A DNA stretch of 64,000 nt from Selaginella moellendorffii (lineage: Eukaryota > Plantae > Lycopodiophyta), in the NCBI RefSeq assembly GCF_000143415.4, contig NW_003314293.1:589763-653762 (forward strand). The letters are read 5' to 3'. A program made the position numbers and the translations under genes. The notes under the pieces were generated by a model, which was not told the DNA's origin, did no database searches, and saw only the letters and a program-made list of their open reading frames with translations. Shown here in pieces: positions 48,164-60,339 of this stretch (position 1 is its first letter; every line of letters starts with the position of its first letter).

Positions 48164-51100
48164 CTACCAGCAGTCCTTGCATGAGCACGTACCATTACTG
48201 AAGTGATGAAACCTGAGGCTGTCCCTCACGATGATCTCCCTTCCCATAACCATAGAGATGTACTTGGTAGCAGTATGACAGTCGCCGCAGACACGAAGGT
48301 TCTTCACGATCTTGAGAGTTGTCTCGGGAGGAGTTGCTATCAATCCAAAAGCAATGGCTATCCTTTCACTATGATAGCCGAGCGCCTTCTCCTTAAGCTC
48401 GTCTTCAACGTCAAGTCCCTTGTCCGCCTCGTATCCAGCTCTTCGCATCAGCAGCTCAAGCTTGTCGAGCACGACATAAATCTCGTCTGTCTTTGGGTGT
48501 GATCTGTCACCAGCGACAAATTCGTGAACCTGCTTTCCAATCTCGAACCAGCTCATTCCAGGGGCGTTCTTCACATTCTCGTCGAGCATCTTCTTTCTAT
48601 CGACATCTGCATCCTTCCATTTTCCAGTAGCGCAGTAAATGTTGGAGAGAACGACGTGAGCTGCCGAGTTGTGTGGATCCAGCTCTAGAATCCTCTGAGC
48701 ACATCTCTCACCAAGTTCGGCATCTCCCTGAAGCTTGCAAGTCCCGAGCAAGCTCGTCCAGACCAGAGTGTTGTCTTCGAACGGCATCTTGCGGATGATC
48801 TGCTCGGCATGCTCGAGCTGTCCTGCTCGTCCAAGGAGATCCACGAAACAGGCGTAGTGCTCCAAAGTAGGAGATATTCCGAAGTACTCCTTCATAGTAA
48901 GGAAGGAGCTGCACCCTTCCTCAACCATTCCAGCATGGCCGCATGCAGAAATGATACTGACGAGCGTCGCGACGTCGGGTCTCACGCCTTCCTGCTGCAT
49001 TTTCCAGAACATCTTGACGGCCTCTTCGCTGAATCCATGCTGAGCCAGTGCTCCTATAATGGCGTTGAGAAGCACGACGGTCCAATCGCAAGCTCCTCGA
49101 AACAAGGACATGGCCTCGTCTAGCTTGCCACACTTGGCATAGAGCTTAACCAGTCCCGTGGCCACCGAGACGTCTGAATCAAGGCCACTCTCAGCTGCTA
49201 AGGCGTGGAAGAGCTTGCCATCGGAAACCAGTGCTGAGCCCCCAGATACGTTGAGCGTTGTAGAGAAAGTAAGCTTATCTGGCTTCACACCTTCTAGTTG
49301 CATCTGACGGAAGAGAAGAACAGCCTCCTTAGCCAAGCCAGCTTGAGCATAGGCTGCGCTCATAATGTTCCACGAGACGAGATCTCGAGCCTTCATCGTC
49401 TCAAAGAAGCTCAAGGCCTCCCTCCAGTCACCACAGTTGGAGTACATGTTGAGCAGTGCATTCTCCACAGCGATGTCCGCTTCTAATCCGATCTCAGTGA
49501 CGCACGCATGGATGACTTTCCCTAGTCCCAGAGTCGTGGAGGCCAGGCAAGTGTCCAGAGTCGTAGCCAGCGTGAACTTATCCGGAATAACTCCTTCCAG
49601 CTGCATCCTCCTGAAAAGATTGTGAACCTCTTTGAAGTCCCTGTTTTCTGCCGTCGCTGAAACCATGGCTGTCCACGAGACCACATCCCCGTGGTCCATC
49701 TCGTTGAACACACTTCGAGCTTGCTCTAGCTCTCGACACCTGCCATGCATGCTGATAAGTGCGGTTTCCAGGCAGGCCGATCGATAGCCACTTTCCAAGA
49801 TACACATTCGTAGAACTTGAGCCTCTTGTGAGCAGTAGCACGAACTGAGCACGCTGGTGAAGCTGAGAGCATCCGGAAGAACACCACCTTGCAGCATCTC
49901 CATGAGCGCTCCGAAAGCTTCTTTCGATCGATCGTTCTGTGCATATGCCCCGAGCATTACGTTCCAAGTAACCAAGCTCCGGGAAGGCAGTGGCATCTCC
50001 TTGAAAACTAGCTCCGCCTCTGAAATACTCCCACACTTCCCATACATGGAGACGAGCATGGTCGCCACAGAACTCTCTACGTAGTCCCGTCGTCTAGTCA
50101 GGATCAAGGAATGGATCTTCCTGCCAAAGTCCAAAGCTTCGCTATTAGAACAGGCATTGAGAATTGCAATGAAGCTCACCTTGTTCGGGTCTATCCCCGC
50201 CAAGAGCATGTGATGGAAAGTATTCACGACTTTGCCGAAGCTCTTGCGATCTTCGCTCGCTCCAAGCATCGTATTCCACGAAATCACGTCACATTTCCAC
50301 CGGATCCGCCGAAAAACAGCCCAGGCCGCGGAAAAGAACCCGCATTTCGCATACATGCTGATGATCGCGTTGCCGATGACGACATCCCGCAAGTAGCCGC
50401 TCTCCCAGATCCGGCCATGGAATCCCCTGGCAGCGCCAAAATCCACGCCAGAAGCCGCAAGAGCATTGAGAATCGTGATCAGCGTCACGGAATTGGGGCG
50501 CATACCTTCGAGACGCAAGCGCCGGAAGATCGCCATGGCGTCACCATGCCGCCCCGCCTCGACGCTCGCGGAGATCATCGCGTTCCAAGAAACTAGGTCG
50601 AGCTCCTGGCGGGAAGCCATGGCTTTAAAAACGCTGTACGCTCCCTCCCAGTCCCCACACTTGCCGTACATATTAATAAGCGCATTGCTGGCCAGAGGAT
50701 CGAACCCCAGAGAGGCCTCGTGTAAGAGAGAGTGGAGCCACGTGCCATCTCGCAAGCTGGTACACGCGCCAAGCGCTGTGATAAAGGTGATCACATTGGG
50801 GGCGAGAGGTTGAAGAAGCATTTCCCGGAATATCCTTAGGGCGTCTGGGTAGAATCTTCTCTCCTGGGCGTAAGCTCCGGCCATGGCGGTCCACGATACA
50901 ACGTCCTTCTCCGGTATCGCCAGGAAGACCGCGATGGCGTCCTCCAGACTCCCGCATTTGGCATACATGTTGATCATCGCATTGCCCACAAGAGTCGCGG
51001 TTGTGGATGCTCGTTCTAGCCCGAGCTCCCATATCATGGCGTGGATCGATCGCCCAATTGCTAGGTCTCGCGAATTCGCGCATGCGTTGAGCATCGCTAC

Positions 51101-51493
51101 GAGCGTGTAGCTGTTGGGCGCGGCGCTGGATTCGAGCAGCATTGTCCGGAAGAGCGCAAATGCCCGCGCAAAAGCTCCACACTGGGCATTTGCGGAGATT
51201 AAAGCGGTCCAGGAGACAACGTTTCTTTCCTCCATTTTCGAGAAGATCGCGTGGGCTTCTTCAAGGCTGCCACACCGGACGTACATGTTTATGAGACAGT
51301 TCCCCAGAAAGAGGTGCTGCTCGAGCCCGGCATTGGCGATCAGTTCGTGGGCGTGTTTGCCTTTGGCGAGATCGTTGGAATCAACGCAGGATTGGAGAAG
51401 CGCGGTGTATTCTTGCAGATCGGCAGCGCGATCTACGCGCACTGCTCCAGAGAGAGAGCAGAGCTGCCGGATGATCGATCCACGCTTCATCAT
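48164..51493 (-). CDS. PLS-E-DYW PPR protein (C-to-U editing factor)
   Basis: PLS triplets, PG box PGMSWFEI, FVAGDRSHP, HSERIAIAFGLI, KNLRVCGDCH and FHHFSNGTCSCKDCW. The start is likely MMKRG at 51493; the track ORF extends further from a non-ATG codon. Confidence 0.95.
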   Translation of the reverse strand: MMKRGSIIRQLCSLSGAVRVDRAADLQEYTALLQSCVDSNDLAKGKHAHELIANAGLEQHLFLGNCLINMYVRCGSLEEAHAIFSKMEERNVVSWTALISANAQCGAFARAFALFRTMLLESSAAPNSYTLVAMLNACANSRDLAIGRSIHAMIWELGLERASTTATLVGNAMINMYAKCGSLEDAIAVFLAIPEKDVVSWTAMAGAYAQERRFYPDALRIFREMLLQPLAPNVITFITALGACTSLRDGTWLHSLLHEASLGFDPLASNALINMYGKCGDWEGAYSVFKAMASRQELDLVSWNAMISASVEAGRHGDAMAIFRRLRLEGMRPNSVTLITILNALAASGVDFGAARGFHGRIWESGYLRDVVIGNAIISMYAKCGFFSAAWAVFRRIRWKCDVISWNTMLGASEDRKSFGKVVNTFHHMLLAGIDPNKVSFIAILNACSNSEALDFGRKIHSLILTRRRDYVESSVATMLVSMYGKCGSISEAELVFKEMPLPSRSLVTWNVMLGAYAQNDRSKEAFGALMEMLQGGVLPDALSFTSVLSSCYCSQEAQVLRMCILESGYRSACLETALISMHGRCRELEQARSVFNEMDHGDVVSWTAMVSATAENRDFKEVHNLFRRMQLEGVIPDKFTLATTLDTCLASTTLGLGKVIHACVTEIGLEADIAVENALLNMYSNCGDWREALSFFETMKARDLVSWNIMSAAYAQAGLAKEAVLLFRQMQLEGVKPDKLTFSTTLNVSGGSALVSDGKLFHALAAESGLDSDVSVATGLVKLYAKCGKLDEAMSLFRGACDWTVVLLNAIIGALAQHGFSEEAVKMFWKMQQEGVRPDVATLVSIISACGHAGMVEEGCSSFLTMKEYFGISPTLEHYACFVDLLGRAGQLEHAEQIIRKMPFEDNTLVWTSLLGTCKLQGDAELGERCAQRILELDPHNSAAHVVLSNIYCATGKWKDADVDRKKMLDENVKNAPGMSWFEIGKQVHEFVAGDRSHPKTDEIYVVLDKLELLMRRAGYEADKGLDVEDELKEKALGYHSERIAIAFGLIATPPETTLKIVKNLRVCGDCHTATKYISMVMGREIIVRDSLRFHHFSNGTCSCKDCW

Positions 51494-54239
51494 TTTGGAT
51501 TCATTCATGTGCCATTGTATCAAAGTTGATTGATTGCAAGAGAAAAGCGAGCATTCACTACAGTTGTTGTGTCTGGTGGCAAGAGTATCCGCTGCGTGGA
51601 TTTTATTAACGAGCTTCAATCTAAAAGAACCTTTAATCTGATAAGCTTTGACCTCCAAGATGAACCATATGCAGCAAAAATTTATTTACTGTAGATATAT
51701 AATAAAACCATTTTATCATCTTTGATAAAAGTTCACATATATACATGACATATGTGATAAATAAACAGATGAACACCAAACGTTATTATAATGCCACCCA
51801 CCTAGTTTTGAATAATCTCATTCAGTTGTAGCAATGATTAGTTCAATGGTTTGTTTGTTCATTTAAATATGTCATATGATTTATTGCAATTGTTTTTTTA
51901 TCTTTAGATATTTTTAAAATATACATGTTGATAATTTGCATTAATAATAATCTCGAGAATATTTTATATCTGATCGCGCTCTTCAGTTATGTGCATCCCT
52001 TATTAATGCCACAAAAGACACCATAAACATAAGTATCGCCCCTGGGGTCTTTGACTGCTCCGGTTCACGGCACTTTAAGGTAGTGGCGTTGAAATCATAC
52101 AATGATCACCAACACCGCTTGCTCCCACGCGCTTTTACTTAGTGGAAGGCAGATTTGATCTCCTTGCCTCGCAGATCGAAGCACCACAAGCGAAGAGGCA
52201 GATTTAAGCTTTTGCTGGAGAAAGAAAGATCCATCCACTATGCGAGCTTTCCATGGAGGTTCTCCAGCAGATCTAGGACGAAGCTTGGGCTCGTCTTGAC
52301 TGCAAAACTCCAAGAAAGGTGGTCGTGAACCCAGGCCGTCGAGCTCTTCGCTGTCGAGTTGCCAGTCCCGATCACATCAGCACAGGTTCAGTAGTCTTGG
52401 GCTCGAAGATCTCTCGACAATTGGGGTAATTAACGAACTGAGGTGTGCTGGACTGCGCTATGCCAAGAGTGAGCTTGCTTTCAAATTTTATCTACGCTGA
52501 GATGAAAACCAGCGCTGACGACGTGACTTTCGTGGTGGCTCTCATAGCTGGAAAGAAAATCGAAGCCAAGACCAACCGAGACTCTTGGATGTGCTTTGAT
52601 GGGATTCATATATAAGTAAATTACAGTAACTTTGAAGAGAATTTTTTTTTTAATATAAGAAAATTTCTCTTCTTATAACAATGTATATTAGGAGACCAAA
52701 CCACAATTGAATTTTCAGAATATAATACAATAATTTTACTTTACATTCACAGTTCTTAGATCCTTTATACCATTTATAACATTTCTTATATATAAAACAA
52801 GAATGCAATCTAAATATAAATAAAATAACCTTTATGATTTGGTGATATTAAAAATTCAGTAGCTTTTAAAAATTTGAAAAACACATTACTTATTAAAGTA
52901 GTGAGATCAATTGTAAAATCATATAGGTTATCCTAGCATTTTGAATTTGCAGCAATTTGTGTCAAAAGATTTTTCCCCATAAATTCAATAGCACAATAAC
53001 CACTCACTATTCTAATAAATCTTGCACATATAGTCTGTTAGATTATTAAATACCATCTTTCTTTTTAATTGGATAAATTATATGTTATAAGTATTAATTA
53101 TATAATTTTATATAATTTTTAAGCTTTAGAACATTATGTAATTTATAGTATTAAAATATTTTATATCTTAAATAATCCAAATGCCATGTGGAACATAATT
53201 TGCTGCACATTGCATGCAGCAACATTTGGTTTCCTTAATAGTAGTCTTGTTTACTATTATTTATTGATCAAATTTATCAATAATTATGTTTATAATATGG
53301 ATAGTAAATAAACTAGAATATACTAGGAAGTGTTTTGGAATGTTTATAAATTATAAATACAAGATTAATCTAAATGAATAACAAATATCACAAAATATTC
53401 AAGCATATTTTAGGGTATGCTAAGTTATACTAAAATAGAATTAAATATAAAAGAAAAATATAAACACAAAAGTTCAGAATTTAAATTAAATATTCTGCAG
53501 CATACCATCAGGTGGAGATTGTGCTTGCACTTGTTGTAGATATGGTGGTCTATAGCTGAGCCACCCGTCCAATGCTGATGATTTTTAAATCCTTGATTAT
53601 TCTTAGAATAACCAATATGCCAAACCAATAACAACTTTTAGTATTGATATTTAAAGAGCACCAATGTCTAAAGTACCACTTATAAGCATTTTCTCAGTGC
53701 AGCGAGTGAGAAACTAAGTGGATCTAGAGGCAGGACAAACAAAAGGAGAGAAGGCCACACAATGTAGCAGGGGCGCATGAATCTCTAGAACTTGCTACAG
53801 CAACAGGCAGCTGGATCTCATGATCGTTGGAGTCTCCGTTGGATTGGAGGAGAATGCTTCTTCCTTTTTACCTTACAGTTTTCAGAGCCTCGTTGGGTGG
53901 CAGATGTTCTTAGCAAAAAGCGTTGTGTAGCATTATGAGCTTTACTTAGATTCACTCTTTTGCAAAAAATACCTGTTCTCCTCTAGCTCAAGGCATGGTC
54001 GTAAATGCCAACACTTTTATCTCGGTTTATAAACATGGTTTCTATTTGGTGATCTCACAAAAAAAAGGGTAAGTATAAAGGTTACACATGAATTGCAAGG
54101 GAAACAAAAGAAAGAGTCGCCTTTGGTAAAACAGCGTCTCTTCTCCGAGTTTTTTGCTGGCGATGGCGGCTACAAAGCTTCAAATGTCTCTTGGATCTGG
54201 CTTGCGGCAGAGGAGGGACTCGGAGTGCGCAAGTATTCT

Positions 54240-54380
54240 CCCCAGAAAGCTTACCAGGGAGTATGGTCTGGAGCTCGTCATGCATGCCAATTTCAAAGAG
54301 GTTGCTCTCAAGCACAAGCTGGGCAGGAAGATGGAGGTTTTCCCCTTGTATTGCGGCTTCGCTTTCCGAAAGATGCCCGG
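54240..54380 (+). pseudogene. Orphan fragment resembling the C-terminus of mRNA cap guanine-N7 methyltransferase
   Basis: KLTREYGLELVMHANFKEV...EVFPLYCGFAFRK resembles LAxEYGLELVxxxNFxE...EVxxLYxxFxFRK (recalled). It follows an acceptor-like CCCCAG. No SAM-binding exons are nearby. Confidence 0.45.
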
Positions 54381-54615
54381 TATTATGAGCATCAAACGAC
54401 GAAAAGCTGCCGCTCAATCTCGGCCAAGGCCGAAAAGGTCAAGGGTTCGAATCCCTAGGCTACTTTTTCTTTTCTTAAAGGGCTTAAAGCCTAGTCGTTT
54501 ATATTTTTATAGCATAAAATACTTAATACAAACCCACTTTAATGCTTGGAAATGTACACAATACAAATAAAAGAGAAATGGGTCATAGTTAGAACGCACA
54601 CAGTTCTTTCTTCCT

Positions 54616-55498
54616 TTACTCATCGTCTTCCTCCTCTTCCTCCTGGAAATTTAGCCAAACCAGTCCACTCAGACCAGCTCCAAAAAAAAAAAAAACAAGG
54701 GAATTTGCAAAAGAACTTACTTCACTCTGCATCTCCTCATCGTCGTCCTTGCCGTTTTCTTTCTCGTTCTTGGCATCTTCTTCCTGCTTAAGCCAAGATC
54801 GTCAGCCCCAAAGCAAAAAAGGAGAAAACAAAAACCTGTTTTTTCTTGTACTCGGTCAGTGTTTTCTCATAGTCGGCTTTCTTCTGCGCAGCTTTGTCGT
54901 GGTAAGGTTTTTTCTCCTGTTAAAACCGTAGTCGATCATAAAAGAACCAATTTTTTTATTTTTTTTCTTTTTCTGTGTACCTCTTCAGTGAGCCGTTTCC
55001 ATGCATCACCTCCGGCCTTGCCAACCTGAGAGAAAAAAAACAAGAGAAGAAACCATTAGAACAATTTCAGTGTTCAAGAGATCTTCTTACAGCTGCAACT
55101 CCTTTGATGTTGGGATGCTTGTCTTTGAAAGTCTTGCGATACTCCTCCCTGAAAGCCGTGCCATTAGAACAACCATCTTGAGCAAACCATGGAAACAAGA
55201 AAAACAGAGAGAAAAACTTGGAAGATAAAAAATCTCACAGGAAGACGAAGAAGGCCGTGGCTGGCCGCTTTGGCTGATTGGGATCAGCCGCGTTCTTCTT
55301 CTTGTCCTTCTTCTGCTTCTTCATTTCCTTGTCCTTCTTTGCGGCAAGCTTCTTCTCTATAGCCTTCCTGTTAAGACATAGAAAAACGTCAATGTTTTTA
55401 GAGATCCAAGCTTTTGACCCAAAAACTCACTCTTTCTCAGCCTTCTTCTGGGCCTTGGCATCGGCTGCCGCGGCCTTCTTCGACTTGGTGTCCTTCAT
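54616..55498 (-). CDS. HMGB: Plant HMGB chromatin protein (7 short coding exons, missed by the ORF track)
   Basis: Spliced: MKDTKSKK...|...DPNQPKRPATAFFVFL|EEYRKTFKDKHPNIKGVAA|VGKAGGDAWKRLTEE|EKKPYHDKAAQKKADYEK...|acidic tail EEEEEDDE*. A non-coding first exon lies near 55760-55980. Confidence 0.93.
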
Positions 55499-56281
55499 CT
55501 TCTTCTGCTAACCTGTCAAAGTTAAACAAAACTTAAAGCCAGAAGAACAAAGAGAGAAAAAAAAAAAAAAACAATTTTTCTAAAACAACTTCCAGATTTG
55601 AGACTTTCCACCACAGCCACTGAATGAAAAATGCAGCATGGCACTGAATCCTAGCACACCACTCTTATGACTAGAACTAGAAACCCAGAACTTCACAGCT
55701 TTTTCTTTCTCTTTCTCTACAATCTCTCACTCTTTCCCTCTACTTCTCCACAAACTCACCTTGTAGTCGCGAGCTCGAGGCCTGGAAAGCTCAGCCGCTG
55801 CTCCAATCCACCGACACAGAGCCACAAAACCTAGTCGCAGCGGCACCGCGAGGATCCAACACTCGACCCGACTCAAAGTTGGCAATCCGGAGCACAAGCC
55901 CGGAGCGGCAGCCTCGCAGCTCTAGGAGCTCAGCTCGGCCCTCTCGATCCCAAATGGAGCTCTGGAGCTTCGCCCTCTCGAGCTCCACAGGCGCGCTCCT
56001 CCCTCGGGGAGGCTACTATTACACTTGACAAAAAAACACTTAAACTTGGCCAAAGGCAAAATACTCACAAGAGAGAACTCTCTTCACAAAGCCTCACACA
56101 CAACACACAGAAGGGAAGAACAAGGCGGCCAGGGTTTCATTCAACGGGTATATCCTCTGGGGATATTCCTGGCGCCTCGGTCGTACGCGTGTACGGCGCT
56201 TGGGCCAGCCGCTTGGCGGGAAAGCGAGCGTCTCTCTCTTTCTCTCTCTCACTCCGCTGGCGCTGAAAGAGATGGAGCTGC

Positions 56282-58220
56282 GATGGATCGGACGATCGAT
56301 CGGACGCAAGCATTTATGAGAATTGGGCATGGCGCGAGCAGGGAGGAGATCGATGCTGCCGCGGCGGTGTCCAGTTTCGCGGATCTCGCGAAGGGCTGTG
56401 CTGCGAGGAGGGATTTGGGCGAGGCGCGGAGGATCTGCGCTGCGATTGTGGAGAGCGGGCTTGGGAGCGATGGGTATCTCGCGAATTTGCTCGTCCAGAT
56501 GTTTGGGGGATGTGGGGATGTGGGCGCTGCTAGGGAGGTGTTTGATCGGATGGAGCGGCGGGATGTTTTCTCGTGGAATCTCATGATCCAGGCGTACGCG
56601 AGGAATGGGTTTCTCCAGGAGGCAAAGGCGGTGTTTGAGGAGATGCCGTGCAGAGATCTCGTCTCGTGGAATTGCTTGATTGCGGCATTTGCCCAAAGCG
56701 GGCATTTGGACGAAGCTTATGGGCTATACATTGAAATGCCAGACACGAATCTAATCACAGCAAACACTATGATCGCAATGTTTGTGCACAATAGCGATTT
56801 CACATCTGCTAAGATTGTTTTTGATCGAATGCCACACAGAGATTTGGCATCGTGGAACTCCATGTTCCAAGCATTTGCCCAAGAAGGGCATCTTTATCAG
56901 GCAAAATCAGTGTTTGATTCTATGCCGGAACGCAATGTGGTCTCCTGGACAGCCATGATTCTCGTGTTTGGCCTGATGGGGAATATTTCAGATGCCGTGA
57001 GAACATTCTCTCAAATGCCCACCAGGAACATTGTGTCATGGACTTCGCTCTTCCAGGCTTACATCCTCAATGGGCATTTGGACGCGGCAAAGTCTACGTT
57101 TGATCAAATGCCGGAGTGGGATCTCGTCTCCTACACGTACATGATCGAAGCTTTCGCATCGAGCGGGAATCTGGAGCTCGCCAGAGGCCTGTTCGATCGA
57201 ATTCCCGAGCAGAACATCGTTACTTTGGGAGGAATCCTCAAAGCTTACGTTGAGAGCGGGCATTTGGAGGAGGCCAAGGTTTTGTTCCAAGGAATGCCTG
57301 TGAAAAACATCGTGTGTTGCAATGCGATGATCGCGGCACTGGGTCAGACCGGGGATCTGCTCCAAGCTCGCGCGATCTTTGACGCTATGATCCAGAGGGA
57401 CATCGTGTCTTGGAACTCGATGCTTGAGGCCTGTGGATCGAATGGCGATCTGGATCAAGTCATGGAGCTGCTATCTCGAATGCCCAAGTGTGATCTTGTC
57501 AGCTGGAACACTTTGATCGCAGCCCATGTCGAGAGAGGCCTCTTGATCGAGGCAAGGAAGTTCTTTGACGAGATGCCGATGAAGAACCTTGTGTGTTGGA
57601 ACACTCTTCTCTCGGGGTACATTGCCAGGAACCTTGAAGAGGTGAAGTTTACGTTTGATAGCATGAAAGAATGGAATGTAATCTCGTGGACAACCATGGT
57701 GGCAGCGTTTAACCTCCATGGTTACGTTAACGAGGCAAAGCTGGTATTCACCCAAATGCCCGAGAGAGATATAGTGGCCTGGAATTCTATGGTTGCAGGA
57801 TATGCCATGAATGGGAATCTCTCAGATGCCATAAGAACATCCAACGCAATGCCCGAGAGAGATCTAGATTCTTGGAACGCAAGAACTGTTCTATACTTTC
57901 AATCTGATGGCAATCAAGAGAGCGTTCTCGAGCAATTCCACTTGATGAAAATCCATGGTTCTCGTATAGACAAGACGAGTTTCATCAATGTTCTCACGGC
58001 TTGTAGCCACCATGGGGACGTGACTGCTGGATCATCAAATCTTCTATCAATGAGCTATGATCACGGCATTTCTCCCATTAGAGAGCACTACTGCTGCATG
58101 ATTGACACCTTGGGACGAGCAGGCAAGCTTAGAGACGCTAGAGATTTGATCGAAAAGATGCCCTTTGAGCCAAGCTTAATCGCGTGGACAACACTATTCG
58201 CTGGCTGTAAGAGTTTATAA
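56282..58220 (+). CDS. PLS-class PPR protein with tandem short repeats and a truncated E domain
   Basis: About 16 repeats of the form RD.VSWN.M..A.A..G...A...FD.MP, ending HYCCMIDTLGRAGKL..A..LIEKMPFEPSLIAWTTLFAGCKSL*. First ATG at 56282. Confidence 0.9.
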
Positions 58221-58258
58221 TTTTATAGTATGCTTTAGATTCAATATTTTGGGTGCGC

Positions 58259-58365
58259 GGGTCGCTTGTGGGCGGGGACAGCACGAATTGGGCCAAATGC
58301 CACGTGAATCACAGCAGGCTGCTAAATTTTGGAAATCTGCGATGGAAAGGTACAATTTGCCACGC
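58259..58365 (+). pseudogene. Decayed duplicate of the ERV1 5' end
   Basis: GGGTCGCTTGTG..GGCGGGGACAGCACGAATTGGGCCAAATGCCACGTGAATCA...GCGATGGAAAGGT parallels 60980-61122. Confidence 0.75.
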
Positions 58366-58428
58366 ACACAAAAATCTGCTGCAATTTAACAATTGCAACT
58401 GTGTACAAGGGAATTGCCTGGAGGGATC

Positions 58429-58927
58429 TGTAATTGGGCAATTTGGGAGAGTTATGTCCCACTTAAGCCTGTGTAACCAGATTTCCAAATGCTAATTAAA
58501 ACATTAAATTGATGTTTGAAGTTACTTTAGAATTAAGATTTCTCCCAGTAAACAAAGTGTTATTGATTATAGATATAACTTTCATCCCAAAGATTTCTAT
58601 GCTTTGGAATTGGCTTGAGCTGAGTTGCGATAATCGGAGAGTTTCAATAAATCCCCTTACAAGGCATCTAGGGCTCCTTGTGCCTCAATGATTTCTCATT
58701 GTTATTAGTGTTGAGTAGGCAAAGTTAATAGTCCCAAGTGATTTGTGAGTATCTAAGAGTGAGTTTAACACTAGTGTTGTGTTCTTTTGGCTGGGTCCTC
58801 TCTTGTGAGGCTTTTGTAAGTTTTTCTTGCACTTTGGTGGCTCTTTTGGGGGTGCATGTGGGCAAGCATAAGAATGATGCTTGAGGCCTGATTGAGCCCT
58901 ACACTAGTTCCCCAAGAACTAGTTACA
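58429..58927. mobile_element. Possible solo LTR (about 500 bp)
   Basis: TGTAA...TTACA inverted termini and LTR-like composition. There is no TSD and no second copy in the window. Confidence 0.35.
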
Positions 58928-59154
58928 TGTAGTAGCAACTAGTGAGGAATATCTATGCAAGCCAAAGGCTCCTTAATTAGGGACTCTTCTCTTTGGTCAA
59001 TGATAAGTTTTTCAAAAGTCAAGGGTCTTACTCTTATTGGAATGACAAAATTAAGATTACGCCAGAAAAATTAGGATTGGTCGTCAAAAGCAGTTTTATT
59101 TTATATGCTAAAATACAACTTAACTAAAATATGGTTACATTTTGAAACATCATA

Positions 59155-60045
59155 ATGGTAATCTACCAACTTATTTATTCTATTTTCATATTATTTCTTT
59201 TTGAAATTGAGAGTGCATCAATTGAATTTGGATTTAAAGGAAGCACAAATGATGTTGATATGAAAACAATTGTAAATTCTATAGATTTTATAATCTCAAC
59301 TCTTAGTCAACAAGATGATTATCCAGAAAATTGGTCACATGCTATTACAATACCTTTATCATTAGGAATAGTAACCATAAAATTATCACGATTTATAGGA
59401 AGACCTCCAAATTGTGCATCAAGTGGAAGTACAAATAGAAGAATAAAAGGGGTAACTATGTATAATAGTTTTAAAAATTTATTAAATTACAATTCCCTTA
59501 AAATAATAGAAGCTGCTGCAAGTTATGCAATATTAACCTCTATACAATATCAAATTTATTATAGTCGAGATGGCTCTTATGAATCAGAAATTTATAATAT
59601 TCAAAGTACACAATCTCTTGAGGATTGTAATATATTTAAAAGTACTTTATATAGCGGTTCTAAACATAAACCTCATCATACTTTATTTACAAATGACTAT
59701 TTGATATCTCCAAATTCTAAAAATATTTTATTTTTACATTTAAATTGCAATTTAGTTTTATATTCAGGAAAAACTAAGTTATGGCAAACTTTAACTATGA
59801 AAAAAACTATTACCCAATGTTACTTGAGATTACAAAATGATGGTAACTTAGTATTATATTCAAAAATAAATATAGTTGAATGGTCTATAAATATATATTG
59901 TAAAAGTAAGGAGCAGTTAATTTGTATTTTACCAACTTTTCTTAGTTTACAAGATGATTGCAATTTAGTAATATATTCTTCAATATCACCAAATACACAG
60001 CTATGGGCAACAAATACTATAAATAATAATAAATGTATTAATTAG
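59155..60045 (+). CDS. Secreted two-domain protein: unknown N-terminal domain plus bulb-type (GNA-like) mannose-binding lectin; intronless and very AT-rich
   Basis: Signal peptide MVIYQLIYSIFILFLFEIESA. The C-terminus has LISPN, HLNCNLVLY, QNDGNLVLY, QDDCNLVIY and LWATNT, with two intact QxDxNxVxY sites. 296 open codons. Confidence 0.8.
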   Translation: MVIYQLIYSIFILFLFEIESASIEFGFKGSTNDVDMKTIVNSIDFIISTLSQQDDYPENWSHAITIPLSLGIVTIKLSRFIGRPPNCASSGSTNRRIKGVTMYNSFKNLLNYNSLKIIEAAASYAILTSIQYQIYYSRDGSYESEIYNIQSTQSLEDCNIFKSTLYSGSKHKPHHTLFTNDYLISPNSKNILFLHLNCNLVLYSGKTKLWQTLTMKKTITQCYLRLQNDGNLVLYSKINIVEWSINIYCKSKEQLICILPTFLSLQDDCNLVIYSSISPNTQLWATNTINNNKCIN

Positions 60046-60339
60046 TTTATCTCTTATTTTTAGAGGTATTATATTATATTTATAAATTTATAAATTTAAT
60101 AAATTTTATAGTAGTTTGTTTTAAAATTTAATACCATTTTTTACTAATTTATATTTTAATTTAGACATAGAAATAATCAGCTAATATTTGTGGAAGAATT
60201 CATTTTCTAAGATGTAGCCTATTTGTTTCAGAAATAAATATTCTAAGGGTATGTATAGATCAAAGAAATATTTTAATTAGGCAACATGTAATTATAATAG
60301 TTAACAGTAATTAAAAATATTGTAAGATTTTAAGACTGA

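Noticed and set aside
52090-52600. Short GC-richer coding-like pieces, including a PPR-like DDVTFVVAL
   Set aside because: Too short and broken to assign.
54082-54417. EF-hand-like FDAHNTGHLSESE on the minus strand
   Set aside because: A single motif in a non-ATG ORF. The opposite strand is better explained as a cap-methyltransferase fragment.
54405-54465. tRNA-like GGGTTCGAATCCC
   Set aside because: Only a T-loop/B-box. No matching acceptor 5' strand, D-arm or anticodon arm could be built.
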